Shown piece after piece: positions 10,199-20,065 of a DNA stretch of 64,000 bases (the first letter of the stretch is position 1; each line of letters begins with the position of its first letter). Source of the stretch: Nitrospinales bacterium (lineage in GTDB: Bacteria; Nitrospinota; Nitrospinia; Nitrospinales; VA-1); contig OZ253496.1 of the NCBI GenBank assembly GCA_965262115.1, forward strand, positions 800,001 to 864,000. Direction: 5' to 3'. Under the pieces are notes generated by a model. That model made no database searches, had not been told where the DNA came from, and saw only the letters and a program-made list of their open reading frames with translations. The position numbers and the translations under genes were made by a program.

Positions 10199-11257
10199 AT
10201 GTCTCACTCCCTCACTTCCCGAATTCCCCGAACCTCCCGAACCTCTTTAACTTTTCTTCTCTGTTTATTTATCCTTATCTCCGGTTGCAGCAAGCCTGAA
10301 TCGTTGATCCACCGAAGATCGCAGTTCTTGATGGGAACTCTGATCGAGATTTCCGTTTTTGAAAAAGATGAAAGCATCGTCCAGACTGCCATCCAGAGTG
10401 CTTTCGACGAAATTCAACAGTTGGAAGGATTGATGAGCACCCATATTCCCGGCTCAGAAGTTTCCAAAATCAATCAAGCCGCAGGAATCAAGCCAATACC
10501 CGTATCTCCCGAGGTGTTCGAGGTGATCGACCGGGCTATTTATTGGGCCGAGAAAACAAATGGAGCCTTGGATATAAGTGTAGGCCCGATTCAGGAGCTT
10601 TGGGAGTTCGAGGACGAACACCCTTCTCTGCCTGGCAAGAGAGCTCTTGAGCAGGCACTTTCCCAAGTGGGCTACGGTAAAATCCGGTTAGAAAACCAGA
10701 CAGTATTTTTAACAGAAAAAGGAATGCGTCTTCATCTCGGCGCCATCGCCAAAGGATACGCCGTGGACCGGGCTATAAATATATTGCAGGAAAAAAATAT
10801 TCATCATGCTTTCATCAATGCGGGAGGCGACCTGAAAACCCTCGGCGGCAGACCCGATAAATCGGCCTGGAAAATCGGCCTGCAACATCCCAGAAAACCC
10901 GAGTCGATCCTGGCGTCCTTTTCCCTTTCAGGAAAAGCTGTCGCCACCTCCGGTGACTACCAGAAATATTTTGATCATGAAGGAACTCGCTACCATCACA
11001 TCCTGAACCCAAAAACAGGATATCCGGTCATCGGTCTGATGTCCGCCACGGTCGTTACCGATACCGTGATGGATGCGGATGCTCTTTCCACAGCCCTGTT
11101 CGTCATGGGCGCAAAAAAAGGTTTGGCTTTTATCGACTCCCTGAAAAACACCGAAGGCCTCCTCGTCAATCAGAACAAAGTTCCCCACTTGTCCCAGGGC
11201 ATGGGGGATTTAGGAAATTTCTCCCTTGAAAGTTTCAAAGAGAACCTCAGCCATTAG
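10199..11257 (+). CDS. apbE: FAD:protein FMN transferase (lipoprotein)
   Basis: Lipobox ISGC; LGAIAKGYAVD, ATSGDY, HHILNPKTGYP, ADALSTA. Confidence 0.95.
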   Translation: MSHSLTSRIPRTSRTSLTFLLCLFILISGCSKPESLIHRRSQFLMGTLIEISVFEKDESIVQTAIQSAFDEIQQLEGLMSTHIPGSEVSKINQAAGIKPIPVSPEVFEVIDRAIYWAEKTNGALDISVGPIQELWEFEDEHPSLPGKRALEQALSQVGYGKIRLENQTVFLTEKGMRLHLGAIAKGYAVDRAINILQEKNIHHAFINAGGDLKTLGGRPDKSAWKIGLQHPRKPESILASFSLSGKAVATSGDYQKYFDHEGTRYHHILNPKTGYPVIGLMSATVVTDTVMDADALSTALFVMGAKKGLAFIDSLKNTEGLLVNQNKVPHLSQGMGDLGNFSLESFKENLSH

Positions 11258-11538
11258 ACTATGCCCAATTTCGTTTGGGTGGCAACGGTCGGGAAACAAG
11301 AAGGCGAGCATGGGGTTCGCTTCCATACCCTCTCCATAAGCTTCAAAGTAAGTGACAAACAAGTCGGGAAAGCGGTCGTGAACGAAGGAATGGCATAGGA
11401 TTTATAGTGGAATACCGGCTCAAACCTGGAAAACCTGAGAACCAACTCGACAAACCCGAAAAAGAAAAAGACCACACCTACGGAGAACCAAAAAGACTGA
11501 ACGGTTTTTAATCTTTCTCGTGGGGCCACAAGCCACCC

Positions 11539-14007
11539 CTAAAGTTTGGAAGGAGAAAATCGTTTTAACAAAAGAGAGTTTCCAACTACCGAAACAGAAC
11601 TCAAAGACATGGCTATAGCGGAAAACACAGGTTTCAGGAGGACACCATAAAAAGGATACAAGACCCCCGCCGCTATAGGAATTCCCAGCACATTATAAAA
11701 GAAAGCCCAGAAAAGATTTTGCCGGATTTTCGCCAGGGTTTGTCGGCTCAACTCAATAGCCTGGGGCACAGCCTGAAGGTCGGAGGTGACCAGAGTGACG
11801 TCGGAAGCCTCCATCGCGACATCCGTACCGCTCCCCAAAGCAATGCCAACAGTGGATTCGGCCAATGCAGGAGCGTCATTGATTCCATCGCCCACCATCG
11901 CGACCTTGCGGCCTTCTGCCATCTGTTTTCTAATTTCATCCCGCTTCCCCGAAGGCAGGACTTCCGAGATCACATCATCAATACCCAATTGCCGGGCAAC
12001 TGCCTGTGCGGTTTTCCGGTTATCACCCGTCACCATCATCACTTTCAGGCCCATCTTTTTGAGACGGTGAACGCATTCTTTGGCATGGGGTTTTAATTTA
12101 TCGGTGGTAGTGATGATGCCCTCAATCTTTCCATCAACACTTAATATCATCGGCGTTTTTCCCTGCCCGGACAGCTTTTCCAGTTCATCGCTCATAGAGG
12201 AAAAATCAATTTGTTGTTCCTGCATTAGTTTAATATTGCCCAGGAATACATTTTGACCGTCTATTTTTCCCTGCACCCCGAAACCGGGCAGAGCTTCAAA
12301 ATCGACAACTGTTTCAAATCGGAGGTTGTGCTTTCTCGCTTCAGCAACTACAGCCTGAGCTAAAGGGTGTTCCGATTTTTTTTCCAGAGAACCGGCCAGC
12401 ACCAGCAAATGGTCCGCATCCAATACAGATGTAGGAGACAAAAGCACATCGGCCACTTCTGGTTTGCCACAAGTGAGGGTTCCCGTTTTATCAAACACAA
12501 TCGTATCCAATTTTTCTGCCTGCTCCAAAGCCTCCCCTCCCTTGATCAGGATGCCCATCTCCGCACCCTTTCCGGTTCCGACCATGATCGCTGTAGGAGT
12601 GGCAAGGCCCAATGCGCAGGGACAGGCAATGATCATGACAGAAATTAATACCATCAAGGCAAAGAGAAACGGCGTAGTCGGTAAGGGACCAAATGCATTT
12701 CCAAATCCCCACCAGAATGCGAAAGCCAGAAGAGCCAGGCCAATCACCACCGGCACAAAGATTCCGGCAATTTTATCCACAAGCCTTTGCACAGGTGCTT
12801 TCGATCCTTGCGCTTGTTCCACCAGTTGAATGATCTGTGCCAGCACAGTATCTTTACCCATGCGGGTCACACGCATTTTAAAAAATCCGGTTTTGTTGAG
12901 GCTGGCCCCGATCACTTCATCGCCGGATTTTTTTTCTACCGGAACACTTTCACCCGTCAACATCGACTCATCAATAGAAGATTGTCCCTCAACCAGAATT
13001 CCATCCACAGGAATTTTTTCTCCGGGCCGGACCAGGACCACATCTCCCTGGACCAAATCCTCCACGCTGATTTCAAGCTCCCTACCCTCTCGTTCAACAT
13101 GGGCGGTTTTAGGCTGGAGCCCCATTAATTTCTTGATAGCGGAAGAAGCACTGTGCTTGGCACGCGCTTCCATCCAACGCCCAAGCAGGACAAGAGCGAT
13201 GATCATGACCGAGGTATCGTAATAAACTTCAGAAAATCCCACCAAGCTCGGGAAAAAGGTAACCCAAACGCTGTAAAGATATGCCGCCGAAGTGCCTACG
13301 GCAATCAGCGTGTTCATATCGGCGTAACCATGACGGAACCCGTTGAACGCCCCACGATAAAACTGCCAGCCACCAAAAAACTGCACCGGAGTTGCCAAGA
13401 TGAATAAAGTGATATTCAGCGTATTCGATTCGATATTGAACAACGCACTCATGGAAAGAAACATGACCACCAGGCTGGTCAGTCCACTAAAAATCAGTTT
13501 CAGTTTAAGCTCAGCCAGGTTTTTGAGATAGCGTCCCTCATCCCCTTCCGATGAAACATCTTGAGATTTTTCAGGCAAAAGGCGATAGCCGGCTTCTTCC
13601 AAAGCGGATTGCAAGATTTTAAAATCGACCAGAGCAGGGATGTAATCAACCAGCACCTGTTCGGTCGCCAGGTTCACATCGACTTCATGAACCCCTTCCA
13701 CAGACGCAAGTTTTTTCTCGACCCTTGAGACGCAGGAGGCGCAGGTCATACCTTCTATAGCAAACGTCGTGCTCTGCCGGGGAACTTCAAATCCCAGTTT
13801 TGCGATTGTCTCGGGGAACTGGCTGGCCGATATTTTTTGTGGATCAAACTCAATGGAGGCCGCCTCTGCGGCAAAATTGACATGGACAGAGTCCACTCCT
13901 TCCAGTTCGCCAACCTTCTTTTCGATCCGTGCGGAACAACTGGAGCAACTCATGCCCTTAACCGGCAGGGTTATGTTCTCTTTATTTTTGGATTTAAGAC
14001 CCGTCAT
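11539..14007 (-). CDS. copA: Copper-translocating P1B-type ATPase
   Basis: Two GMxCxxC HMA domains, [23 protein letters not shown] and MxxSS motifs. Confidence 0.96.
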   Translation of the reverse strand: MTGLKSKNKENITLPVKGMSCSSCSARIEKKVGELEGVDSVHVNFAAEAASIEFDPQKISASQFPETIAKLGFEVPRQSTTFAIEGMTCASCVSRVEKKLASVEGVHEVDVNLATEQVLVDYIPALVDFKILQSALEEAGYRLLPEKSQDVSSEGDEGRYLKNLAELKLKLIFSGLTSLVVMFLSMSALFNIESNTLNITLFILATPVQFFGGWQFYRGAFNGFRHGYADMNTLIAVGTSAAYLYSVWVTFFPSLVGFSEVYYDTSVMIIALVLLGRWMEARAKHSASSAIKKLMGLQPKTAHVEREGRELEISVEDLVQGDVVLVRPGEKIPVDGILVEGQSSIDESMLTGESVPVEKKSGDEVIGASLNKTGFFKMRVTRMGKDTVLAQIIQLVEQAQGSKAPVQRLVDKIAGIFVPVVIGLALLAFAFWWGFGNAFGPLPTTPFLFALMVLISVMIIACPCALGLATPTAIMVGTGKGAEMGILIKGGEALEQAEKLDTIVFDKTGTLTCGKPEVADVLLSPTSVLDADHLLVLAGSLEKKSEHPLAQAVVAEARKHNLRFETVVDFEALPGFGVQGKIDGQNVFLGNIKLMQEQQIDFSSMSDELEKLSGQGKTPMILSVDGKIEGIITTTDKLKPHAKECVHRLKKMGLKVMMVTGDNRKTAQAVARQLGIDDVISEVLPSGKRDEIRKQMAEGRKVAMVGDGINDAPALAESTVGIALGSGTDVAMEASDVTLVTSDLQAVPQAIELSRQTLAKIRQNLFWAFFYNVLGIPIAAGVLYPFYGVLLKPVFSAIAMSLSSVSVVGNSLLLKRFSPSKL

Positions 14008-14123
14008 GACGAACCTATATTAATGAATAATACTGTATCAGGATACACACTTTCGAGAACCGAATCTAATAACTATATTTGGAAAATTGGGAAGGTTGCT
14101 TGGTAGAATTAAAGAAAGAGGCC

Positions 14124-14522
14124 CTATTTATTACTAAACAGGGTTTTCAGGGTAACCACTCCATAACCAATAAGCAGGAGGGCGATCAGTCCACTGGAAA
14201 AAGAGTTCTGGCTCATAGCGCTGGTGAACACAAAAACACCCACTGCGCTCAAAATCACACCGAGGACAAAAAAACTAAATGTGCGATAAATCGGGATTTT
14301 GCTTTCCAGAGAATCGCGTTTTTGTTTGAGTTGCCACCGCCAACGAAGGATATAATAGGTCTGGCGAACCCAGTTGAACAATCCACTGTCTTCAATCAGG
14401 CTGGTCTTACAATACATGCAATGGGTGTCCGTATTGCGATTGGGGAACCCGCAATTCAGGCATATTTTGCTGTCCTGGTTTTGATTTAAAATCACAGGTT
14501 CTTTTTCCGGCTTATCCATCAA
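14124..14522 (-). CDS. Hypothetical membrane protein with N-terminal zinc-ribbon-like CxxC..CxxC
   Basis: CLNC/CMYC and two C-terminal hydrophobic helices. Confidence 0.75.
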   Translation of the reverse strand: MMDKPEKEPVILNQNQDSKICLNCGFPNRNTDTHCMYCKTSLIEDSGLFNWVRQTYYILRWRWQLKQKRDSLESKIPIYRTFSFFVLGVILSAVGVFVFTSAMSQNSFSSGLIALLLIGYGVVTLKTLFSNK

Positions 14523-14637
14523 AACTCCCAGGCGAAGAACCTCCGCCGGCCAGCATGACGCTGGACTCAGTTAGCAATAGCTTTTTACCGCTAGCAATCA
14601 TTCTTCATTGGCCCCGCGCCTAGTGGCCCTCTAGCGA

Positions 14638-14766
14638 GAGACCTTTGCGTAAGTCTATAAATCAGAAAAGCGAGATGCTTCGACAAGCTCAGCATGACAA
14701 TAAAAGGCTATTTTGTCATTCTGAGGAGCTATTGCAACGAAGAATCTTGGGTTATGCAAAGGTCTC
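14638..14766. mobile_element. 129-bp MITE with 15-bp TIRs and 9-bp target duplication
   Basis: TIRs gagacctttgcgtaa / ttatgcaaaggtctc (14 of 15 match); direct repeats ctctagcga at 14629-14637 and 14767-14775. Confidence 0.9.
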
Positions 14767-14858
14767 CTCTAGCGAGGGAGGTAACTGGGCAGGGGTTTCT
14801 TTAAGCCGCGAAACCCTTTGCTCACCAAATAAAATTATTACCCCTTCGGGGCACGAAA

Positions 14859-15055
14859 TACCCGTGCCGGGCATGAAGGCAAAGGTAAAATATCACATAC
14901 CCGTGCCGGGCATGAAGGCAAAGGTAAAATATCACATACCCGTGCCGGGCATGAAGGCAAAGGTAAAATATCACATACCCGTGCCGGGCATGAAGGCAAA
15001 GGTAAAATATCACATACCCGTGCCGGGCATGAAGGCGAATGAAGAGGACATCACA
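14859..15055 (+). repeat. Head-to-tail array of the mini-element: 4 identical 39-nt units plus one 41-nt variant
   Basis: tacccgtgccgggcatgaaggcaaaggtaaaatatcaca x4, then tacccgtgccgggcatgaaggcgaatgaagaggacatcaca; lies inside another copy (14839-15074). Confidence 0.95.
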
Positions 15056-15229
15056 TCTGAGGAAGAATATCACGTGCTCATTGGCCACACGCTTAGTGGA
15101 TCGGCACATTTCGCCAAAAAGATTAAAAAAATCACGCTTAACGGGTAAGTTTAAATTTTATTACTTATGGAAAGCACTGTCAATCTCCATCGTTGAGAAT
15201 AAATCTATCCCCGCGGAGATCTATTAATC

Positions 15230-16087
15230 ATGATTGAACCGGAAGGCTCAATTGCCTATAATCCAGTTCCCTTTAAAAAAATTAAAAACTCCATGGTAAT
15301 GAAACAGATTCTTTTCTTCCTTTTATCGCTTTGTATGGTTTCGCCCGGTTTTGCCGCGCCCTCTTCCGAAGAAATGGCGCTCATTCCGGCTGGAAAATCT
15401 CAGATGGGGAGCCGGAAATCCCTGTTGGAACTCAAACCCCACGATTTATTCAACACTGACCGACACACCCTGGGCCCGGAAAACCCAGCTCATGAGGTTT
15501 ATCTTGATGCGTTCTACATAGATATTTATGAAATGACTCACAAAAAATATAGAAAGTATGTCGACGCTACCGGAGCCAAAAAACCCCAGAGCTGGAAAAA
15601 TCCCAAATTCAACGGTGACCAGCAACCGGTGGTCGGCGTTTCCTGGAAGGAAGCAGTCGCTTATTGCGAATGGAGCGATAAAAGGCTTCCCACAGAAGCT
15701 GAGTGGGAAAAAGCGGGCCGGGGCAAACGACCGGTCAAATACCCCTGGGGGGATTCTCCACCCGATTCAGAAAAACTGAACTATAACGAAGAGAAGATGA
15801 ACACCACCCCGGTGGGTTCCTATGAAAAAGGCAAATCGGATTACGGCATCTATGATCTTTCCGGCAACGCTTCCGAATGGGTTCATGACTGGCATTACCC
15901 GGAGTACTACCTGTTTTCTCCCAAAGAAAATCCGCAGGGTCCGGAAAAAGGACAATATAAAATCATTCGCGGGGGAAACTGGAGAAACAATGCCGATGAT
16001 GTCGACCTGACCTACCGCAATGCAACCACACCCCGCCTGAAGAGTAACGGTGTAGGATTTCGTTGCGCTAAAAACGCATCGGAATAA
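15230..16087 (+). CDS. Formylglycine-generating enzyme (SUMF1) domain protein, secreted; true start may be ~15293-15299
   Basis: PVVGVSW, KRLPTEAEWEKA, YDLSGNASEW, RGGNW, GFRC motifs; signal peptide. Confidence 0.92.
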   Translation: MIEPEGSIAYNPVPFKKIKNSMVMKQILFFLLSLCMVSPGFAAPSSEEMALIPAGKSQMGSRKSLLELKPHDLFNTDRHTLGPENPAHEVYLDAFYIDIYEMTHKKYRKYVDATGAKKPQSWKNPKFNGDQQPVVGVSWKEAVAYCEWSDKRLPTEAEWEKAGRGKRPVKYPWGDSPPDSEKLNYNEEKMNTTPVGSYEKGKSDYGIYDLSGNASEWVHDWHYPEYYLFSPKENPQGPEKGQYKIIRGGNWRNNADDVDLTYRNATTPRLKSNGVGFRCAKNASE

Positions 16088-16103
16088 AGAGCAAACTTTA
16101 TAA

Positions 16104-17303
16104 TTAAGGGCGTTTGAGCCGGGTGAGAATTCTATCGAGCAGGAGATCGGCAATTTCCCGCTTCGGTTTCAAAGGAAGGTGTTCCATATTTTCCTCACGG
16201 TCAATGATCGTCACCTGATTGGAATCGTACTGAAATCCGATTCCCGGTGCACTGATATCGTTGGCAACAATGAGATCAAGGTTCTTTTTTTTCAATTTGT
16301 GAAAAGCGCTCTCCAGCAGGTTCTGGCTTTCAGCGGCAAAACCCACTATCAGTTTACCTGAGTCACGTTTTGCCACTTCCAGCAAAATATCTGTAGTGGG
16401 AACCAGCTTGAGAACCAAGCATCCATCATCCTGTTTTTTAATCTTTTCCTTTTCCAGTTTTTCTGCGGCAAAGTCACCCACTGCGGCAGACATCACCAGG
16501 ACATCGCAGTTTTCAAGATGCTCCTGAACCAAAGCATTCATCTCATCCGCCCTTTTACAGGGTTTAAAGTCCACATCCAGTGGCGGCTTTAAATGAGTGG
16601 GACCGCTGATGAGAACCACTTCCCCTCCCCGCGCCTTAACCTGCTCGGCCACGGCGTAGCCCATTTTCCCTGAAGATGGATTAGATAGGTATCGCACAGG
16701 ATCTATGGCTTCATAAGTGGGCCCAGCTGTGATGAGAAACCGTATGCCAGTCAGGTCATCACGTTGGTCAAAATAACTCCTGACCTTGTCAAGAATAACG
16801 GTGGTGTCAGCCAAACGACCGGGTCCGACCACCCCGCAAGCGAGTTCTCCGGATTCGGGATCGACAAACTCAACACCTCTGGATTTCAGCAGAGCAATAT
16901 TTTCTTTCACGGCGGGGTGTCCCCACATTCCTTCGTTCATGGCCGGGGCAACCAGCACCGGGCCTTTAAACGCCAGATGCAAACATGACAGGGCATCGTC
17001 GGCAAGGCCATGCGCCATTTTGCCCAGCATGGAGGCGGTAGCCGGAGCCACAACCAGAAGATCCGCCTTCTCTGCAACGCGGATGTGCTCCATCTCCGCA
17101 GAATTTTGCGAATCAAACAACGTGTGATAAACCGGATTTCCGGAAAGCGCCTCAAAAGTCAGCGGGGTCACAAATTGGCCAGCATTGGCACTCATCACCA
17201 CCCTCACCTCGGCTCCTTCTTTCACCAACAGGCGCACTAACTCCACAGCCTTGTAGGCGGCTATACCGGTCGAGACACCCAATACAATCTTTGCGTTTTT
17301 CAT
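16104..17303 (-). CDS. coaBC: Phosphopantothenoylcysteine decarboxylase/ligase
   Basis: GIAAYKA, APAMN, LACG, TAGPT.EAIDPVRYLSNPSSGKMG, VGFAAE. Confidence 0.96.
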   Translation of the reverse strand: MKNAKIVLGVSTGIAAYKAVELVRLLVKEGAEVRVVMSANAGQFVTPLTFEALSGNPVYHTLFDSQNSAEMEHIRVAEKADLLVVAPATASMLGKMAHGLADDALSCLHLAFKGPVLVAPAMNEGMWGHPAVKENIALLKSRGVEFVDPESGELACGVVGPGRLADTTVILDKVRSYFDQRDDLTGIRFLITAGPTYEAIDPVRYLSNPSSGKMGYAVAEQVKARGGEVVLISGPTHLKPPLDVDFKPCKRADEMNALVQEHLENCDVLVMSAAVGDFAAEKLEKEKIKKQDDGCLVLKLVPTTDILLEVAKRDSGKLIVGFAAESQNLLESAFHKLKKKNLDLIVANDISAPGIGFQYDSNQVTIIDREENMEHLPLKPKREIADLLLDRILTRLKRP

Positions 17304-17455
17304 AGTCCAATTATAAGTGTTAATTTTGGAGCAAGCAATGTTTTTAGACAGGCTGAGCGATTGACTTTCCACCCTTCATTTCCTAAAGTATCGCCATTAT
17401 TTCCTATAGGAATCCAGCTGCTTTCAACGCTTTCACCGTACCTGGGGCACACGCT

Positions 17456-17971
17456 ATGGAAGAAAAGTTCAGGATAGCTATCCGAGTTCCAGAAGTTTTT
17501 TATGTCCTCAGGCACCATGAATCACGCGAACCCGACAGGTTTGTAGCCGAAGCAGAGTTGATAAAAAAACACCAGTCGGAGGAAGAAAGCGAAGAATCCG
17601 TTTCAGAAGAAGTTCAATTGGGACGTGACCAGATAGATGCAATTTGCAGGACGCTTAAATCAGATTTCACGACCGAGACAAAAAACATAACCTCATTCAA
17701 AAGCTATATTTATAACTTGAAATCAAATGCCCGGGAAGCAGCAATACAGGAGACTAAAAGTTTTCTTCAAGAAATGAGAAATATTGAACAGAACTATAAA
17801 GGCGATAATATATCTAAATTTTTTCTAAATCACTGGGCTCGATACGGAGAGAATTTTTATTTCATTTTAAAAAGCATTGATCTTGCCGGAATCAGGGTGA
17901 CGCGGGACAGCCATCTGCTCAAGCACCTGACTGATGAACAAAAAATCGACATCTATCTCGAATCCTATTGA
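17456..17971 (+). CDS. Hypothetical protein
   Basis: 171-aa ORF with no recognised motif. Confidence 0.7.
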   Translation: MEEKFRIAIRVPEVFYVLRHHESREPDRFVAEAELIKKHQSEEESEESVSEEVQLGRDQIDAICRTLKSDFTTETKNITSFKSYIYNLKSNAREAAIQETKSFLQEMRNIEQNYKGDNISKFFLNHWARYGENFYFILKSIDLAGIRVTRDSHLLKHLTDEQKIDIYLESY

Positions 17972-18008
17972 AACATCAAAAAAAAATCCACCCAGGGGAG
18001 CTGAGTGG

Positions 18009-18187
18009 CCCTCTAGCGAGGGAGGCAACTGGGCAGGGGCTTCTTTAAGCCGCGAAACCCTTTGCTCGCCAAATAAAGTTATTACCCCTTCGGGGCACGA
18101 AATACCCGTGCCGGGCATGAAGTTTAAGGAAGAGGACATCACAGCTACGGAAGAATATCACGTGCTCATTGGCCCCACGCCTAGTGG
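18009..18187 (-). mobile_element. ~97-bp element with two nested mini-element copies (18083-18162 containing 18103-18143)
   Basis: Near-identical to the composite at 14627-15099, without the MITE and the tandem array. Confidence 0.88.
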
Positions 18188-18215
18188 CAATCTTAGCGAT
18201 CCCCCCCTACCTCCA

Positions 18216-18316
18216 AATGAGCAACCCTGCCGCAAGCAGACGGAGCATCCCGGATAAAACTCTGTTTTAAGCGACGTGCCAAGACACAGGGAACAAAACC
18301 CACTTGTGGGGTTCAA
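18216..18316 (+). mobile_element. ~100-bp non-autonomous element with IS200/IS605-like hairpin ends
   Basis: aatgagcaaccctgccgcaagcagacgg...aaaacccacttgtggggttcaa; related copies at 26203-26235, 31665-31704(-), 34193-34384. Confidence 0.65.
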
Positions 18317-18507
18317 TCCGATTTTTTTTCTATTCCCTTGACGATAGAGCGTCCTTTTGGCGCGTGGTTTCTCAAGTGTTCACGCACAAGCATCACTGCA
18401 TGATTGTCATCCATAGCCGTGATGAAGATGCTAAAATCCTCTTCGGAATTATCCTTCTCATTTATTAAAACACCTTTTACTTTAAAACTATAATGTTTGG
18501 GTGGCAT
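18313..18507 (-). CDS. Small hypothetical protein
   Basis: MPPKHYSFKVKGVL...; protein-like composition; stop codon falls in the repeat end. Confidence 0.7.
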   Translation of the reverse strand: MPPKHYSFKVKGVLINEKDNSEEDFSIFITAMDDNHAVMLVREHLRNHAPKGRSIVKGIEKKSD

Positions 18508-18598
18508 GGTATTCTCAAATCGGTTTAAAACAACATTATATGATATCAACCCTACTTAAAAAACCCGCCGAAATTCTTCGGGGAGCCCGGATAGAAAC

Positions 18599-20041
18599 AT
18601 GCAACTGAAAATCCTTTTAGTCTCCGCCGAAGTCCATCCTTTCGCCAAAACCGGAGGTTTGGCAGATGTCAGTGGCGCATTGCCCCCGGCCCTGAAAAAA
18701 CTCGGGCACGACATCCGGGTCATCATGCCAAAATATCCCTGCACTGCCAAAGCAGGACGAAAAATACAGTCTCTCAAGATTGATCTAAAACTCCCCGGCT
18801 TCAGCCAGAAAGGCTCCCTGTTCAAATCTGAACTTTCTGGTGGCGTTCCAGTTTATCTGATCAAACACGACGGATACTTCAAGCGGAAATACATTTATGG
18901 CAAACCCGGCACAGATTATCCCGACAGCGTTGAGCGGTTTGCTTTTTTCTCCCAGGCTGTTCTGGAGGCCGTCAAAAATCTCCACTTCAAACCGGATATT
19001 ATTCATTGCAACGACTGGCATACCGGACTGATACCGGTGTATCTAAAATCGCTTTACCGTAAAGACTCATGGTTTTCCAACACTAAAACTCTTTTCTCGA
19101 TTCACAATCTCGGTTACCAGGGTAACTTTCCTCATTCTCACTTGAAAAAAACTGGGCTGGGCGAGTCTTTGTTCCGAGAAGACGGCATTGAGTTTTACGG
19201 CCAGATCAGTTTTTTAAAAGGCGGATTGATGTTTGCCGACACCTTGAGCACAGTGAGTCCCTCCTACAGCCAGGAAATCCAAACTACGGAACTGGGTTTT
19301 GGCATGGAAGGAATTTTGCAAAAACGTTCCAGCAGCCTGTACGGGATTTTGAACGGCGTCGACTATACTGTCTGGAATCCGAAAACCGACTCGTTGATTG
19401 CGGCTAACTATGGGCCGAAATCCCTGTCACAAAAAAAACAATGCCGCGATGACCTGATCAAAACGTTTTCTCTCCGGCTCAATAAAAGGACACCCATTCT
19501 CTGCATGATCACCCGGCTTTCAGAGCAAAAGGGAATCGATTTGATCATGGAAGCCAAAGACACGCTCGATGAACAGGACATATCTTTATTGATTCTTGGA
19601 ACAGGTTCGGCCCAATACGAATCCTTTTTTCAGCAATGGAGCCGGGACCGGCCTGACCGTATCGCTACAGCATTGAAGTTTGATGAATCTCTGGGACACC
19701 GTATTCTTGCAGGCAGTGACATGCTCCTCATGCCGTCCCGTTATGAGCCTTGTGGACTCACTCAGATGTATGCCCTGAAATATGGCACGGTTCCTATCGT
19801 CCGGGCCGTCGGCGGTTTGAAAAACTCTGTCCAGGAATTCAGTCCTAAAACGGGAAAAGGAACCGGGTTTAAATTCAAAATTCCACAAGAAAAATTTTTC
19901 CTACAATCTCTGCAAAAAGCCTTATCCTGTTTCGACCAAAGCAAAACTTGGAAAAAGCTGATGTTAAATGGGATGGCAAAAGACAATAGTTGGGAGTCTG
20001 CCGCCAAAAAGCATTTATGTCTTTACAGGAAATCCCCCTGA
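18599..20041 (+). CDS. glgA: Glycogen synthase
   Basis: KTGGLADV, HCNDWHT, IHNLGYQG, PSRYEPCGLTQ. Confidence 0.96.
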   Translation: MQLKILLVSAEVHPFAKTGGLADVSGALPPALKKLGHDIRVIMPKYPCTAKAGRKIQSLKIDLKLPGFSQKGSLFKSELSGGVPVYLIKHDGYFKRKYIYGKPGTDYPDSVERFAFFSQAVLEAVKNLHFKPDIIHCNDWHTGLIPVYLKSLYRKDSWFSNTKTLFSIHNLGYQGNFPHSHLKKTGLGESLFREDGIEFYGQISFLKGGLMFADTLSTVSPSYSQEIQTTELGFGMEGILQKRSSSLYGILNGVDYTVWNPKTDSLIAANYGPKSLSQKKQCRDDLIKTFSLRLNKRTPILCMITRLSEQKGIDLIMEAKDTLDEQDISLLILGTGSAQYESFFQQWSRDRPDRIATALKFDESLGHRILAGSDMLLMPSRYEPCGLTQMYALKYGTVPIVRAVGGLKNSVQEFSPKTGKGTGFKFKIPQEKFFLQSLQKALSCFDQSKTWKKLMLNGMAKDNSWESAAKKHLCLYRKSP

Positions 20042-20065
20042 CACACCGGAAGGAGTCCCATTCAA

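Larger units (their letters stand above)
14627..15099 (-). mobile_element. ~97-bp MITE-like element carrying nested insertions
   Basis: Ends ccctctagcgagggagg and ttggccacacgcttagtgg; removing the inserts restores the element seen uninterrupted at 52441-52538. Confidence 0.85.

Noticed and set aside
10214..10245. Imperfect 9-bp repeats in the apbE signal peptide
   Set aside because: Short low-complexity stretch with no evident function.
11254..11529. 91-aa ORF between apbE and copA
   Set aside because: Looks like a chimeric gene remnant beginning in a repeat fragment; no product can be supported.
14859..15055. Tandem 39-bp repeat as a CRISPR array
   Set aside because: Units are contiguous with no unique spacers, there are no cas genes, and the unit is dispersed singly elsewhere.
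14645..15148. ORFs 14645-15148, 14822-15109 and 17934-18257 as a repeat-protein family
   Set aside because: They consist of nested DNA repeats; the frame stays open because 39 is a multiple of 3.
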